A stretch of 64,000 nt of DNA from the human T2T-CHM13v2.0 reference genome, Homo sapiens. The notes beneath the pieces are model-generated. The model saw only the letters and a program-made list of their open reading frames with translations, did not search any database and was not told the origin of the DNA. Every line of letters starts with the position of its first letter. Positions within the stretch are counted from its first letter, which is position 1. The DNA lies in NCBI RefSeq assembly GCF_009914755.1, contig NC_060926.1, one strand, 5' to 3'. Made by a program: the position numbers and the translations under genes. Below are positions 15,904 to 30,808 of the stretch, piece by piece.

Positions 15904-16210
15904 GGCCAGGCGCAGTGGCTCATGCCTATAATCCTAGCCTTTGGCAGGCTGAGGCGGGTGGATCACCTGAGGTCAGGAGTTTGAGACCAGCCTGTGCAAC
16001 ATGGTGAAATTCCGTCTCTACTATAAACACAAAAATTAGCTGGGTGTGGTTGCGGGTGCCTGTAATCCTAGGTACTTGGGGGGCTGAGGCAAGAGAATCA
16101 CTTGAATCAGGGAGGTGGAGGTTTCAGTGAGCCGAGACCATGCCACTGCACCCCAGCCTGGGTGACAGAGTGAAACTCCGTCCCAAAAAAAAAAGAAAAA
16201 AAGAAAAAAG
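15904..16210 (+). mobile_element. AluSx-like element
   Basis: Full dimer; TSD aaagaaaccc on both sides. Confidence 0.95.
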
Positions 16211-16336
16211 AAAGAAACCCTAGTACATAAGATACCCTTTAAAAAGCTACTATGAGGACCAAAAATCTCAAAGGATCACATAACTGTGGAATCATATTTT
16301 TGTAATTAAATAAAAGACACCAGGAAATTCAGGCAG

Positions 16337-18688
16337 GGTGGCAGGAGAGGCCAAGGTGGTGGACTAGAAGCAGCTCAGTGCACCATGTGATGGAGAGGAA
16401 AGGAAGGGGCTGGTGAACACTGACCCTGCAGGCCAATCACCTGAGAAACCATGTCGGGACCCATCAAGGCAGCAGGGAACACAGAGGGCAGAGAGGAGTG
16501 AAGCTGGGCCCCAGCCTGTCTGGGCTCTGTGGGGAGCCAGGAAAACCTCTCCAACATGGGAAAGGGGAGAGAGGGACAGCCACCTGGGGGATTCACACTC
16601 TCCACAGGAACTTGAGCAAGAATGGGAATAGGAGAATCCCCCTCACCCTCCTCGCAAACCCCCACTGTGCTTCTAGACTGAGGCAGAGAGCCAGCTGGAT
16701 ATTCTGTGGGGGCAACTCTTGAGTCCAGGGGGACCTCTACAAGCCTTAGGTCCTAGAGCAGACCAGAACCAGTGCCATAGCCTCAACAGAAGACACAGTT
16801 GTGGCACCTGGGAGCACTAAGATTGTTCCACACCCTCACTAAATGCGGCTTCACTCCAGCTTCTGGCCTATCGGTCCTGCTTCAGCACGACTTTGGCTGG
16901 CAGCCACAGCTTCCTGCTGTCCCAAGAAGCACCCTACGGCAGGGTGTGTGCCCCTACCTACCCCCACCACTAGTAGCCAGGTGGGCAATGCCTGCTAGAG
17001 CTTCCAGCCCAGCAGTCCCACTTCTGGGTGAACTCAGCTGGAGGCTGTGGCCTTCTGCTGTCCCAGGAAGCACTCGGATGGTAAGGCGTGTGCCCCATCC
17101 ACCGGACACTGGTAGCCAGGTGGGCAATGCCTGCTAGAGTGTCCAGCCCAGCAGTCCTGGCTTCCCATATGCAGAAGATTGAAGCTGGACCGCCTCTTTT
17201 TTTTTTTTTTTTTTTTTTTAAGACAGAGTCTTAGGCTGACGCCTAGGCTGGAGTGCAGTGGTGCAATCTCAGCTCACTGCAACCTCCGTCCCCCCGGTTT
17301 AAGCAATTCTCTGCCTCAGCCTCCTGAGTAGCTGGGATTACAGGCACGTGCCACCACACCAGCTAATTTTTTGTATTTTTAGTAGAGACGGGTTTCACCA
17401 TCTTGGCCAGGCTGGTCTTGAACTCCTGACCTCGTGATCCACCTGCCTCAGCCTCCCAAAGTGCTGGGATTACAGGTGTGAGGCACTGCGCCCAGCCTTC
17501 TTCTTTACTTTATGTACAAAATTCAACTCAAGATGGATTAAAGAATTAAATGTAAAACATAAAACTATAAAAACCCTGGAAGATAACCTAGACAATACTT
17601 CTGGACATAGGCCCCTGGCAAAGATTTCATTATGAAAACACCAAAAGCAATTGCAACAAAAACAAAAATTAATAAATGGTACCAAATTAAACTAAAGAGC
17701 TTCTGCACAGAAAAAGAAACTATCAACAGAGTAAACAGACAACCTAGAATGGGAGAGAATATTTGCAAACTATGCATCTGACAAAGCTCTATTATCCAGA
17801 ATCTATAGGGAACATAAATTAAGCAAAAAACAAACAAGCCCATTAAAATGTGGGCAAAGGACATGAACGACACTTTTCAAAAGGAGATACACATGCAGCC
17901 AACAAGCATACAGAAACATGTAAAATCATTAGAGAAATGCAAATCAAAATCATGAGACACCATCTCATACCAGTCAGAAAGGCTATTATTAAAAAGTAAA
18001 AAACAAAAAAAAACAGATGTTGGCAAGATTGTAGAGAAAAGGAAATGCTTATACACTGCTGGTGGGAATGTAAATTAGTTCAGCCATTGTGGAAAGCATG
18101 TGGCGATTTCTCAAAGAACTTAAAGCAGAAGTATCATTTGAGCCAGCAATCCCACTACTAAGTATATACCCAAAGGAATAGAAATCATCCTACCATAAAG
18201 ATGCAAGCATGTGTATGTTCATTGCAGCACTATTCACAATAACAAAGACATGGAATCAACCTAAATGCCCATCAACAGTAGACTGGATAAAGAAAATGTG
18301 GTACATATACACCATGGAATACTATGTAGCCATAAAAAAGAATGAGATCATGTCCTTTTCAGAAACATGGATGGAGCTAGAAGCCATAATACTAAGTGAA
18401 CTAATACAGGAACAGCAAACCAAATACTGCATGTTTTCACTTATTTAGCTCACTTAGGAGCTAAATATCAAGTACACACGGACACAAAGAAGGGCAGAAC
18501 AGACACCAGGGCCTACTTGAAGGTGGAGGCTGGAAAGAGGGAGAGGATCGAAAAACTACCTATTGGGTACTTTGTTTATTATCTGGATGACAAGATAATC
18601 TACACACCAAACCTCTGTGACATGCAATTTACCTATATAACAACTCTGCACATGTATCCCTGAACCTAAAATAAAAGTTAGAAAAAAA
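16337..18688 (+). mobile_element. L1PA15/16-like element: GC-rich 5'UTR joined directly to late ORF2 and 3'UTR (large internal deletion), interrupted by an Alu
   Basis: 5' start ggccaaggtggtggactagaagcagct; ORF2 resumes at ccatatgcagaagattgaag (about 17165); L1PA15/16-type 3'UTR; TSD gaaatt(c/t)aggcag at 16324-16336 and 18689-18701. Confidence 0.85.
17197..17497 (-). mobile_element. AluS element inside the L1
   Basis: Full antisense dimer with T tail. Confidence 0.95.
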
Positions 18689-19783
18689 GAAATTTAGGCA
18701 GAATTGATAAATCTAGCTTCTAGATGATGCTGTCTAGAAACTGAGTGAAACATAAGAATAGGTGTATGGGACTTTCCCATTTATAACTTCCTTTATTCTA
18801 GACCCCTTTCTCAGCCACAGCCCTTTGAATATGCTGCCTGTTTCATGTGGTGCCACCCTTGTCTGCCCCTTTGCTGCACGGTTAAGGTCCTTGGTGTCTC
18901 GGTAGCCTTTCCATACCAATGCAGCCTCTGCCATCACCTTTTCTTCCCACTATTTGTACTGCTTTTTTGGTATTTATAATACGCCACTTTGCACTGTGGC
19001 TTATCTTTTTATAGGTATATTTTGCCCCCCCTTCAAGGGCACTATAAACCTTTCAAGGCTAAAATAGCCATATAGAAGTGCTTAACAGATGTCAGTTGAT
19101 GATAGAGCTTAAAGGACAAATGCTATATTAATCATTCTGACTATTTCTGAGAAGAAAGGATTCCTACTCACATTTTACAGAAACAAAAAGTGATGTCTAG
19201 AAGAGTTAATTTACTTCCCTTGGATTCTTGAGCTGAACCAAAATGAACTGAGAAGGTTCCTCTCCTTACTAGAGCAGGCAGCCTCTTGGCAAATCAAAGT
19301 GCATAATCCCTTCAGTAACAGTGGTTGCTTACCAGCATAGTCAGTATTGATTTATGCTTGCAGGCACATGGCAGCTGGAGAATAGGGCAGTAATATTGGG
19401 CCACTAATACACAAGACGAGATTAAATGGTTTGAAATATTCTGAATCCTGGTTTTCTCCGAGCTTAGAAAATGACCTATTGGATATGTTATTCTGAGGGC
19501 AAAGAGAAATAGAAAAATCACATCCTGGCACTGGCTTGTCATTACTATCTTTAATTTAGATTTCCAAAATCGCCAAATATTTGGTTTTTAGGTACAATGT
19601 AATTTTCAATACACTTCCCAGCAAGACAGCTACCAATAAATTCAAGTAATTTTAGTTTCTGCAGCATTTCTTGGAAACTTCATGCTGGCACTGTCCTTGT
19701 CTCTGAATTGTTTTGGCATGTTTGGCCCATGATGATTCAATCAATTAGCAATGCAATTCACAGGCAAAGTGGCTGAAATTTTT

Positions 19784-19794
19784 GTGACTCAGCA
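19784..19794 (+). promoter_or_regulatory. Consensus ARE/MARE (NRF2/NF-E2-sMAF) motif
   Basis: GTGACTCAGCA exact match in repeat-free DNA; function not shown. Confidence 0.35.
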
Positions 19795-21006
19795 GAAGAG
19801 TCTTGAAAGACATGGTTATTTTCCTGGCAACTTTTGATTTAATTGTCATCTTGCCAGATTTAGTATAAATAGATTAATAGTGGGACAAGCAAAGAGGGCT
19901 ATCAAAATTCAGGGGACCATGGGCAGTCTTAGTTTCTCCTGCGCTGTCTCAGGTGACTCCACTGCTCTTTGGCAAAGTCTGTACTACCTCTGATAACTAT
20001 CAACAACAGATTACGAGTCCCATATTTAAACACAGCAGAGTAGTAGTCCTGTTTTTCTCTTCTGGAATGATTTTCTACTTGCTAGATAGAAAGATGACAT
20101 TGCTATAAAATCTACACATAGTTAATATTTCCTGAGACCTCAAGTTAGAAAGACTTGGGGAAAAAAAAAGGCATAGTGGTCCATGGAAAACAGAAGAATG
20201 TGGAAGTGCCAGTGCCAGGTAGAGGCTCTTAGGTAGCTCATTCATTGATTCATTCACTCAAAAATATTTATGGAGCACACAGGAAGTAACAGGCGTTATA
20301 TGAGGCTGTGGGAATACAAAACATTAAACTCCTGAAGTTCAATGTATCACTAAGATGTCAATTTGTCCAAGCTAGCAAGGCATGTGTGCTGTGTGACAGG
20401 TATCTGGTCACCGGGATGCCACATTTAGTTTTGCTCATTGATTTTTATCATTGGCCAGATATATTTTCTCTTAGAGAATATAATCAAGAGGTTGAAAATA
20501 AGTATGCAAATTTCAAATCAAACATGTTTAATAGAAGAGGGCAAATATTTCAAGGAAACAGAGATTCAGCAAATATATCTAAGAAAAAAATATGCAAAGA
20601 AACCAACATATGGATTATGAACAAAACACAAAGAAAACTGACTATAAATGAAGTAAAGCCTCTGGCTAAAAATCTAAAGCATGCTACACTTTGCTAGATG
20701 GCAAAGTGAATTTAAATGTGTTACAGAGTCAACCCTATCCTTACCCTCACCCCCTGCCTGACCTCTGAATCTCTGTGTAATTGCCAGTTCGTGTCGGACT
20801 TCACATGCTATGACTCTTTGATTTCTGCTTTGTATAATATATTTCTACAGAGTCTGACATTATGGCAGCAGAGGCTATAAACTGAGTGATCCTTGGAGGC
20901 TGCTGACTTGAAGTGTGGATGGAGAAGAGGCAAGAGAGAGCCAAGACTGGAAAGAAAGAAGGAAACAAAAGTTTCTCTCACTTTTGGACTTAGGGAAGCA
21001 TTTGCT

Positions 21007-23392
<2,386 letters not shown>

Positions 23393-25038
23393 TTTTAAGC
23401 AGTTTTCGAAAGGTTTAATGCTTTCTTCAAGAGGAAAAAACAAATAACAATACAATATATCCAAACAGAAAAATGCACTTGAACTCCTATTCTTGAGTAT
23501 CAAAGCCCAAAACAGAAAACCATTCTAATTTAATACTTACGGAAAAAAAAATAATAAAGCAAGACTAAAATGTATAGTGCTTTAACTGACTGTTGAGGAA
23601 ACAAGGGAGTATACATAGGAATGACCTATATATATTCCAAATGACTTTTACTCTGAAGTTCTCTTGAGCCCGGATGTTAGCGAAAAATTAAAAGGATGAG
23701 GTTGTCCATGGGGGTTCATTTGAGATGGACAATGATAGTGACTGGTCAGACCCCTGGCCTACAATCATCTGCTGGATAAGATAAGGCACTTACCAGACCT
23801 CTTAATAGGAGTGTTATATGCTACTATAAAGAAAAAAACAAAAGAAACACATTTAAACCATGTAGCATAAGTTAAAAAGAGAAATAATGACAACTAGTTT
23901 CTATTCTAGCATATAAGAGGCTTAGAATTTGTCACTACAGTTCTTACAACAAAGAAAAAGTGAATAAAAATCAGGAAGTCATATTAGACACATCAGAGAT
24001 TAGAGTCACAGGGCAAATCACTGCCTCAAAAATTGGACAAACAGGCCGGTGGATATAGAGAATACATTTTACTGGAGCAGAAACAAAGAAGCAGAAATAA
24101 CCACTGGAGCCAGTACTAGGGCAGAAAAACTGAAGCTATAATTTGCAATCAGCTAGAGGCTTATTGTGGACAAGATTGAAAGATAAAAACTGAATATAAA
24201 ACAACTGTGATTAATATGCTAAGGGTTCTAGTGGAAAAATGGACAACATGCAAGACCACATGGGTAACGTAAGAAGAAAAATGGAAACTCAAAGAAAGAA
24301 TCTAAAGGAAATGCTGGAAATAAAAAACACACTGTAACAGAAATGTAGAATGCCTTTGATGGGGTCCTCAATAGACTGTATATGGCTAAGGAAAGAATCT
24401 GAGCTTGAACAAATGTCAATGGAAACTTCAAAACTGAAATGCAAAGAGAAAAAGTATGAAAAAGGCAGAAAAGATTTCTAAGAATCATGGGACAATTGCA
24501 AAAGGTGCAATATATTTGTAATGAGAATATCAAAATGAGAAGAAAGAAAGGAACAGAAGAAGTACTTGAAGTAACAGAATTTTCCTAGAGATATCAAACC
24601 ACAGATCCAGGGATCTTGGAGAACATGAAGCAAGATAAATACCAAAAAATCCTACACTTAGAGATAATCATATTCAAACTACAGAAAATCAAAGGCAAAG
24701 AAAAAAATCTTAAAAGAAGTTGGGGAGGGGGAGCGTCAGGGGAGAATCTTACCTATATAGAAGCAAGAATAAGAATTACATCTGACTTTTCTCAGAAACC
24801 ATGGAAGCAAGAAGATAGAAATATTTAAAATGTTGAAAGAAAAAAATCCACCAATAAAGAATTCTAGACCTACAGAGATTATCCTTCAAAAGTGAAAGTG
24901 AAATAAAGACTTCCTCAAACAAACAAATATTGAGGAAATTTGTGCTGGTAGACCTGCTTGCAAGAAATTTTAAAAGAAGTTCTTCAGAAAAGAAAGAAAA
25001 TAATATTGGTCAGAAAAGTGGATCTAAAGAAAGAGCCT

Positions 25039-25320
<282 letters not shown>

Positions 25321-25855
25321 CTAAATAAGGCATAAAGATCACAGAAAATCTTAATTTTCTTATTCTTAATTGGTCTAACAGACAATACTTTCTTTAGAAC
25401 AAAAATAACCAATGTATTCAGCAACTATAGTTATGAATAAGTGAAATAAACGAAGTAATATTATAAGGGACAAGAGGGAAGAATTGGAAAAACTCTGTTA
25501 TAATGTATTTGCACTCACACATGATGCAGCATAGTGTTATTTGAAAGTAAACCTGGATTATCTGTAAATGTATATTGCAAACTCTAGGGAAACCATATGA
25601 TATGCTAAGAGAAAAGAAAAAAGAATTATTGAAATGTTCAATTAAAATCACAGAGGGCAGGAAAAGAATGAAAGACAAAAAAAGGAACCAAGAACAAGGC
25701 AACCAAGAGAAAACAGTAACAGATATGGTAGATATTAATCCAACAATATCAATAGTCACTTCAAACACAAAACGGTCTAAATGCCAATTAAAAGACAGAG
25801 ATTTTCAGAGTGAATAAAATAATAAGACCCAATTATATGTTATATATAAGAAACT

Positions 25856-26139
25856 ATTTATTTATAGGCAAGGTCTCACTCTGTCACCCAGGCTGGAGTA
25901 CAGTAGTGCAATCATAGCTCACTGAAGCCTTGAACTCCTGGGCTCAAGTGATCTTCCCACCTCAGCTTCCTGAGTAGCTAGGACTATAGGTATGTGCTAC
26001 CACGCCTTGCTAATATTTAAATTTTTTTTGTAGAGATGGGGTCTCACTGTGTTGCCCAGGCTTGTCTTAAACTCTTGGGCTTAAGAGATCCTCCTTTTCC
26101 TAGTGTTGGGATTACAGGCATGAGCCACTGTGCCTGGCC
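25856..26139 (-). mobile_element. AluJ
   Basis: Antisense dimer. Confidence 0.92.
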
Positions 26140-26171
26140 AAGAAATCCATTGAAAATACAAATACACAGGT

Positions 26172-26292
26172 TGTATCAGTCTGTTCTCATGCTGCTATAA
26201 GGACATACCCGAGACTGGGTAATTTATAAAGAAAAGGTTTAATTGACTCAGAGTTCAGCATGAATGGGGAGGCCTCAGGAAACTTACAATCA
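26172..26292 (-). mobile_element. Truncated THE1/MST (MaLR) LTR, 3' about 120 bp only
   Basis: tgtatcagtctgttctcatgctgctataaggacatacccgagactgggtaatttataaag...ggcctcaggaaacttacaatca; reverse complement of the end of the THE1D LTR at 47707-48064. Confidence 0.88.
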
Positions 26293-26900
26293 GTGTGGCA
26301 CTTCATCAAGGATCTAGAACTAGAAATATCATTTGACCCAGAGATTTCATTACTGGGTATATACCCAAAGGATTATAAATCATGCTACTATAAAGACACA
26401 TGCACACGTATGTTTATTATGGCACTATACACAATAGCAAAGACTTGGAACCAACCCAAATATCCATCAATGATAGACTGGATTAAGAAAATGTGGCACA
26501 TATACACCATGGAATACTATGCAGCCATAAAAAAGGATGAGTTCATGTCCATTGCAGGGACATGGATGAAGCTGGAAACCATCATTCTGAGCAAACTATC
26601 GCAAGGACAGAAAACCAAACACCCCATGTTCTCACTCATAGGTGGGAATGGAACAATGAGAACACCTGGACACAGGGTGGGGAACATCACTCCCTGGGGC
26701 CTGCTGTGGGGTGGGGGGCACAGGGAGGGATAGCATTAGGAAAAATACCTAATGTGAATGACAAATTAATGGGTGCAGCACACCAACATGGCACATGTAT
26801 GCCTATGTAACAAACCTGCACATTGTGCACATGTATCCTAGAACTTAAAGTATAATTTTAAAAAATAAATAAAAACAAGAACAAAAACGAAAAAACAAAA
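26290..26900 (+). mobile_element. 5'-truncated L1PA (about PA5-6) 3' end with A-rich tail
   Basis: ORF2p C-terminal peptide ([19 protein letters not shown]) and canonical 3'UTR. Confidence 0.95.
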
Positions 26901-28959
26901 GAAAATTATCAGGGATAAAGAGGAACATTACATAATGATAAAGAGGTTAATTCTCCAAAGGGACATAACAGTCTTTAGCGTGTATCCACCTAAGAACAGA
27001 ATGTAAAAAGTACATTTGGCAACAACTGATAGAATTGCAAGGAGAAATATGTTAGTTCACTATTATAGTTAGAGGCTTCAACAGACCATTATCAGTAATT
27101 GTCAGATCCAGCAGGCAGAAAATCAGTAAGAAAACAGCTGAACTGAATAGCACCATCAATCAAATAGACCAAATTGGCATTCATATAAAACTTCAACAAA
27201 AGCAGAATATACATTCTTCTCAAAGTCATACAGAATATTCACTAAGACTGACCACGTTCTGGGCCATAAGATATACCTTAACAGATTTAAACAAGTAGAA
27301 ATGATACGAAGTGTGCTCTAATAATGCCATAATGGAGCTAAATGAGAAATGTAAAAAAGAAAGATGGCTGAGAAATGCCAAAATACCTGGAGATTAAACA
27401 GTACATTTCTGGATAAAGCATGAGTCAAAATAGTCATGTCAAGGGGAATTAAATAATATGTTTAACTAAATAAAAATGAAAATACAACTCATTAAAATTT
27501 GTGGATGCAGCAAACGTAATTTTCAAAAGGAAATTTATAACATTGAATCCATAAATTACCAAAGAAGGAAGATCTAAAATCAATAATCTAAGCTGCCACA
27601 AAAGAAAACTAGAAGAAAGAAGAGCATATTAAATCCAAAGTAATCAGAAGAAAAAAAAGCAATAAAAATTAGGGCAGAAACCAATAAAACTGAAACATAA
27701 AACTGATGAAAATTGAAAAAAACCTGGTTCTTTAAAAATTTCAATAGAAATGATAAACTTCTAGCCAGGCTATCTAAGAAGAAAAGATTGAAGACACAAA
27801 TTACCAATATCAGAAATGAAAAAGGGGCTATCATGACTGATACACCATTAACATTAAACTAAGAATAAAGGAATATTACAGGAACTAGTAGCAACTATAG
27901 CGAGGGTGCAGGATACAAGATGAATATATAAAGGTCAATAGCTATCTTATATACCAGAAATGAAGAACTGGAATTTGAAATTAAAAACATAATATCATTT
28001 ACATTTGTCACTCTAAAAAATGAAATACTTAGGTATAAATTAACAAAACGTACAGATTTATATGAGGAAAACTACAAAAATATGATGAAAGAAATCAAAG
28101 ATCTAAGTAAATGAAGAGTTATTCCATGTTCATGGATAGGAAGACTCAACATTGTCAAGATATTAGCTCTTTCCAACTTGATCTATAGTTTCAATACAAT
28201 CCCAATAAAATCCCAGCAAGTTATTTTGTGAATATCAACAAACTGATTACCTAAAGTTTATATAGAAAGGCAAAAGACCCATTATAGCCAACATATTACT
28301 GAAGGAGAAGAATGTCAGAAGATTGACACTACCTGTTTCTAAAACTTACCATAAATCTGCAGCAATCAAAATGGTGGGTATTGGGAAAAGAACAGACAAA
28401 GAGATCAATGGGACAGAATAAAAGGTCTACAAATAAATCCATGCAAATATAGTAAACTGAACTGTATATAGACAAACAAGGAAAGGCAATTTAATAAGAG
28501 TCTTTTCAGCAAAAGTTCCTGGAACAACTGGACATCCACATGTATGGACAGACAAACTGATACATCCATACAATGGGACATTATTCAACGTTAAAAAGAA
28601 ATGAGCTATCTAGCCAAAAAAGACATGGAGCAACCTTGAAAGCATATTGGTAAGTGAAAAATGCCAATCTGAAAAGGCTATATGTTGTATGATTCCAAAT
28701 ATATGACATTCCTGAAAGGACAAAACTATGAAGACAGTAGTTGCCAGGGGTTCAGGGAAAGTGAGGGAGAGAAGAAGAGGCAGAGCGCAGGGCAGTGAAA
28801 CTATTCTGTAATGATATATAATGGTGGATACATGTTATATATTTGCCAAAACCCACAGAATGTACAATACAAAGAACAGACCATTATGTAAATTATGGAA
28901 CTTAAAGATAATGTATTAATATTCACTCATCAATTTTAAAAAGTCACCTTTTAAAAAAA

Positions 28960-29560
28960 CATCTGAACTACTGCAAAAAATCTCCAGATTGGTCTCTTAC
29001 ACTGATTCTTTCTGTAGTTAGAATGATTTAAAAAACAAAAATCATTAGATCAGTGCCTTGCTTAAATTCCATTGATGGCTAATTGTTTTTTGGATAAAAT
29101 GTGATTCTTTTAGTTCCTCAAATGTACCAGTCTTTGCCACTCTTTTAAACAAATTAATTTACTTATTTTACTTTTTTACATAGGGACAGGGTCTCACTAT
29201 GTTGTCTAGGCTTGTCTTGAACTCTTAATCTCAAGCAATCCTCCCACCCCAGTCTCCCAAAGTGTTGAGATTACAGGCATGAACCACCATGTCCAGCCTT
29301 GTGTCACTCATCTTCAAATTTCAGTTTGGATGTCACTTCCTAACAAAAGCTGTCCCCAACTCTTACAGATAAAGCTAGGTCCCTATAAATTATGCTTCCC
29401 TAACACTTTATATTTCCCCTTTCATAGAATCCAACTTACTGTCATATTAGACTGCCTGTTTTATTCCCTAGAATGGTAACTCCATGAGGGGAGGACCTAT
29501 AGTTTTCATTGTTATATGTGTAGTACCTGGTACACAGTAGGTGCTCAGAATTAGATGACT
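28960..29560 (+). mobile_element. L2 remnant interrupted by an antisense FLAM (29155-29298)
   Basis: tagaatggtaactccatgagggg...tacctggtacacagtaggtgctcag; monomeric Alu inside. Confidence 0.7.
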
Positions 29561-29617
29561 GACTTACTGATGTAAGTCCGGAATGCCAATACTCTCTGGA
29601 ATAGGTTAACTAATTGA

Positions 29618-29888
29618 TTTTTTTTTTTTTTTTTTTGAGACTGGGTCTTGCGCTGTTGCCCAGCCTGGAGTGCAGTGGCGCAATCTCAGCTCACTGCAAG
29701 CTCCGCCTCCGAGGTTCATGCCATTCTCCTGCCTCATCCTCCCGAGTAACTAGGACTACAGGCGCCCACCACCATGCAGGGTCTCACTGTGTTTCTCAGG
29801 CTGGTCTTGAACTCCTGGACTCAAGTAATCCTCCTGCCTCAGCCTCCCAAAGCACTGGGTTTACAGGCATGAGCAACTGCACCCAGCC
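29618..29888 (-). mobile_element. Chimeric Alu: AluY-like right arm fused without linker to a FLAM/AluJ-like left arm
   Basis: ctgcaagctccgcctcc...ttcatgccattctc (Y diagnostics) joined at about 29777 to agggtctcactgtgtttctcaggctgg; TSD tggaata(g/t)gttaa(c/t)t at 29597-29611 and 29889-29903. Confidence 0.85.
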
Positions 29889-30778
29889 TGGAATATGTTA
29901 ATTTAGGAAGCAGTTGTTATCCTATCTATGGAGACAGAGCTAAACTGATCTGGAATACTGGGTAAGAGGCTGGAGAATATTTCTCTGAGATCATTTTCCA
30001 TTTTAAATCTATAAAGGCAGGGAGGTGAAAGAGATGGCCTTCTAAGAACTTGTTTTTTGAGGTTTCTGAGTTTCCACAATATAGTTTCCCATGGTGTGAT
30101 CCATATTTAGCAACTTTACAGTTCTTTGCCTATAGAGGAAAATGGTCCACATTGTACCAAACACACTTTTCTAGAAGAGGGTAACAAAATCTGCTACCTA
30201 GAAATGCAGAAGATAGGACTTTGTGCTATAAGGCAAATATCTTTTATCATTAAGAATATGAAAATAATCTTTCTGATAAATGTTTTTAATTTATTTAGTG
30301 AACAGAGATGCTGTTCTGTGGATTATTTGATCTATTTTATTCCCATCGCAGAAATGAAGAAGTGGAAAGGCAAGACATGGGCAGACCCTGGGAGTTGTAC
30401 TGCTGATACCACCATGTATCCAAGATACAGAATTATAACTCCTACTGTGAGGATCTGAAAATTGTTGAAGGTACAGCACTAGGATACCTAAAGTAGTAGG
30501 GGAATGAATTCAGCAGAGGCTACTGCCCAAGAGAAAAAGGACACTGGGGTTGCTGTCATCATCACACAGATGTAGTTGTTTGCTTAGTGCTTTTAAAAAA
30601 GTTTCTAATCTCCCTGTAGCTCTTCCAAAGTTTCTCAAGGATAATATACTGTGATGAACTGATGGTGTGTCCCTGGCCTTTCCAGGTCCGCCCAGATGTC
30701 AAAAGTCCTCCCTTTTAGATTTGCTATGAAATTAAGAAACTTTTCGGCTGGCTGAAGTTTGTAACTGCAACTACTCAC

Positions 30779-30808
30779 GTAAACTCCCAGCTCCTTTTCT
30801 ACAGCTGC
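30779..30808 (-). other. Candidate 30-nt microexon, or 3' end of an alternative first exon (AAVEKELGVY)
   Basis: Minus strand: tttcccatttttgctttccaag|GCAGCTGTAGAAAAGGAGCTGGGAGTTTAC|gtgagt, in unique DNA; no transcript evidence available. Confidence 0.3.

Noticed and set aside
16375-17137. GC-rich ORF cluster as a gene or CpG-island promoter
   Set aside because: Explained by the L1 5'UTR; CpG-depleted
26260-26733. 157-aa chimeric ORF
   Set aside because: Accidental LTR-L1 junction product with no sign of expression
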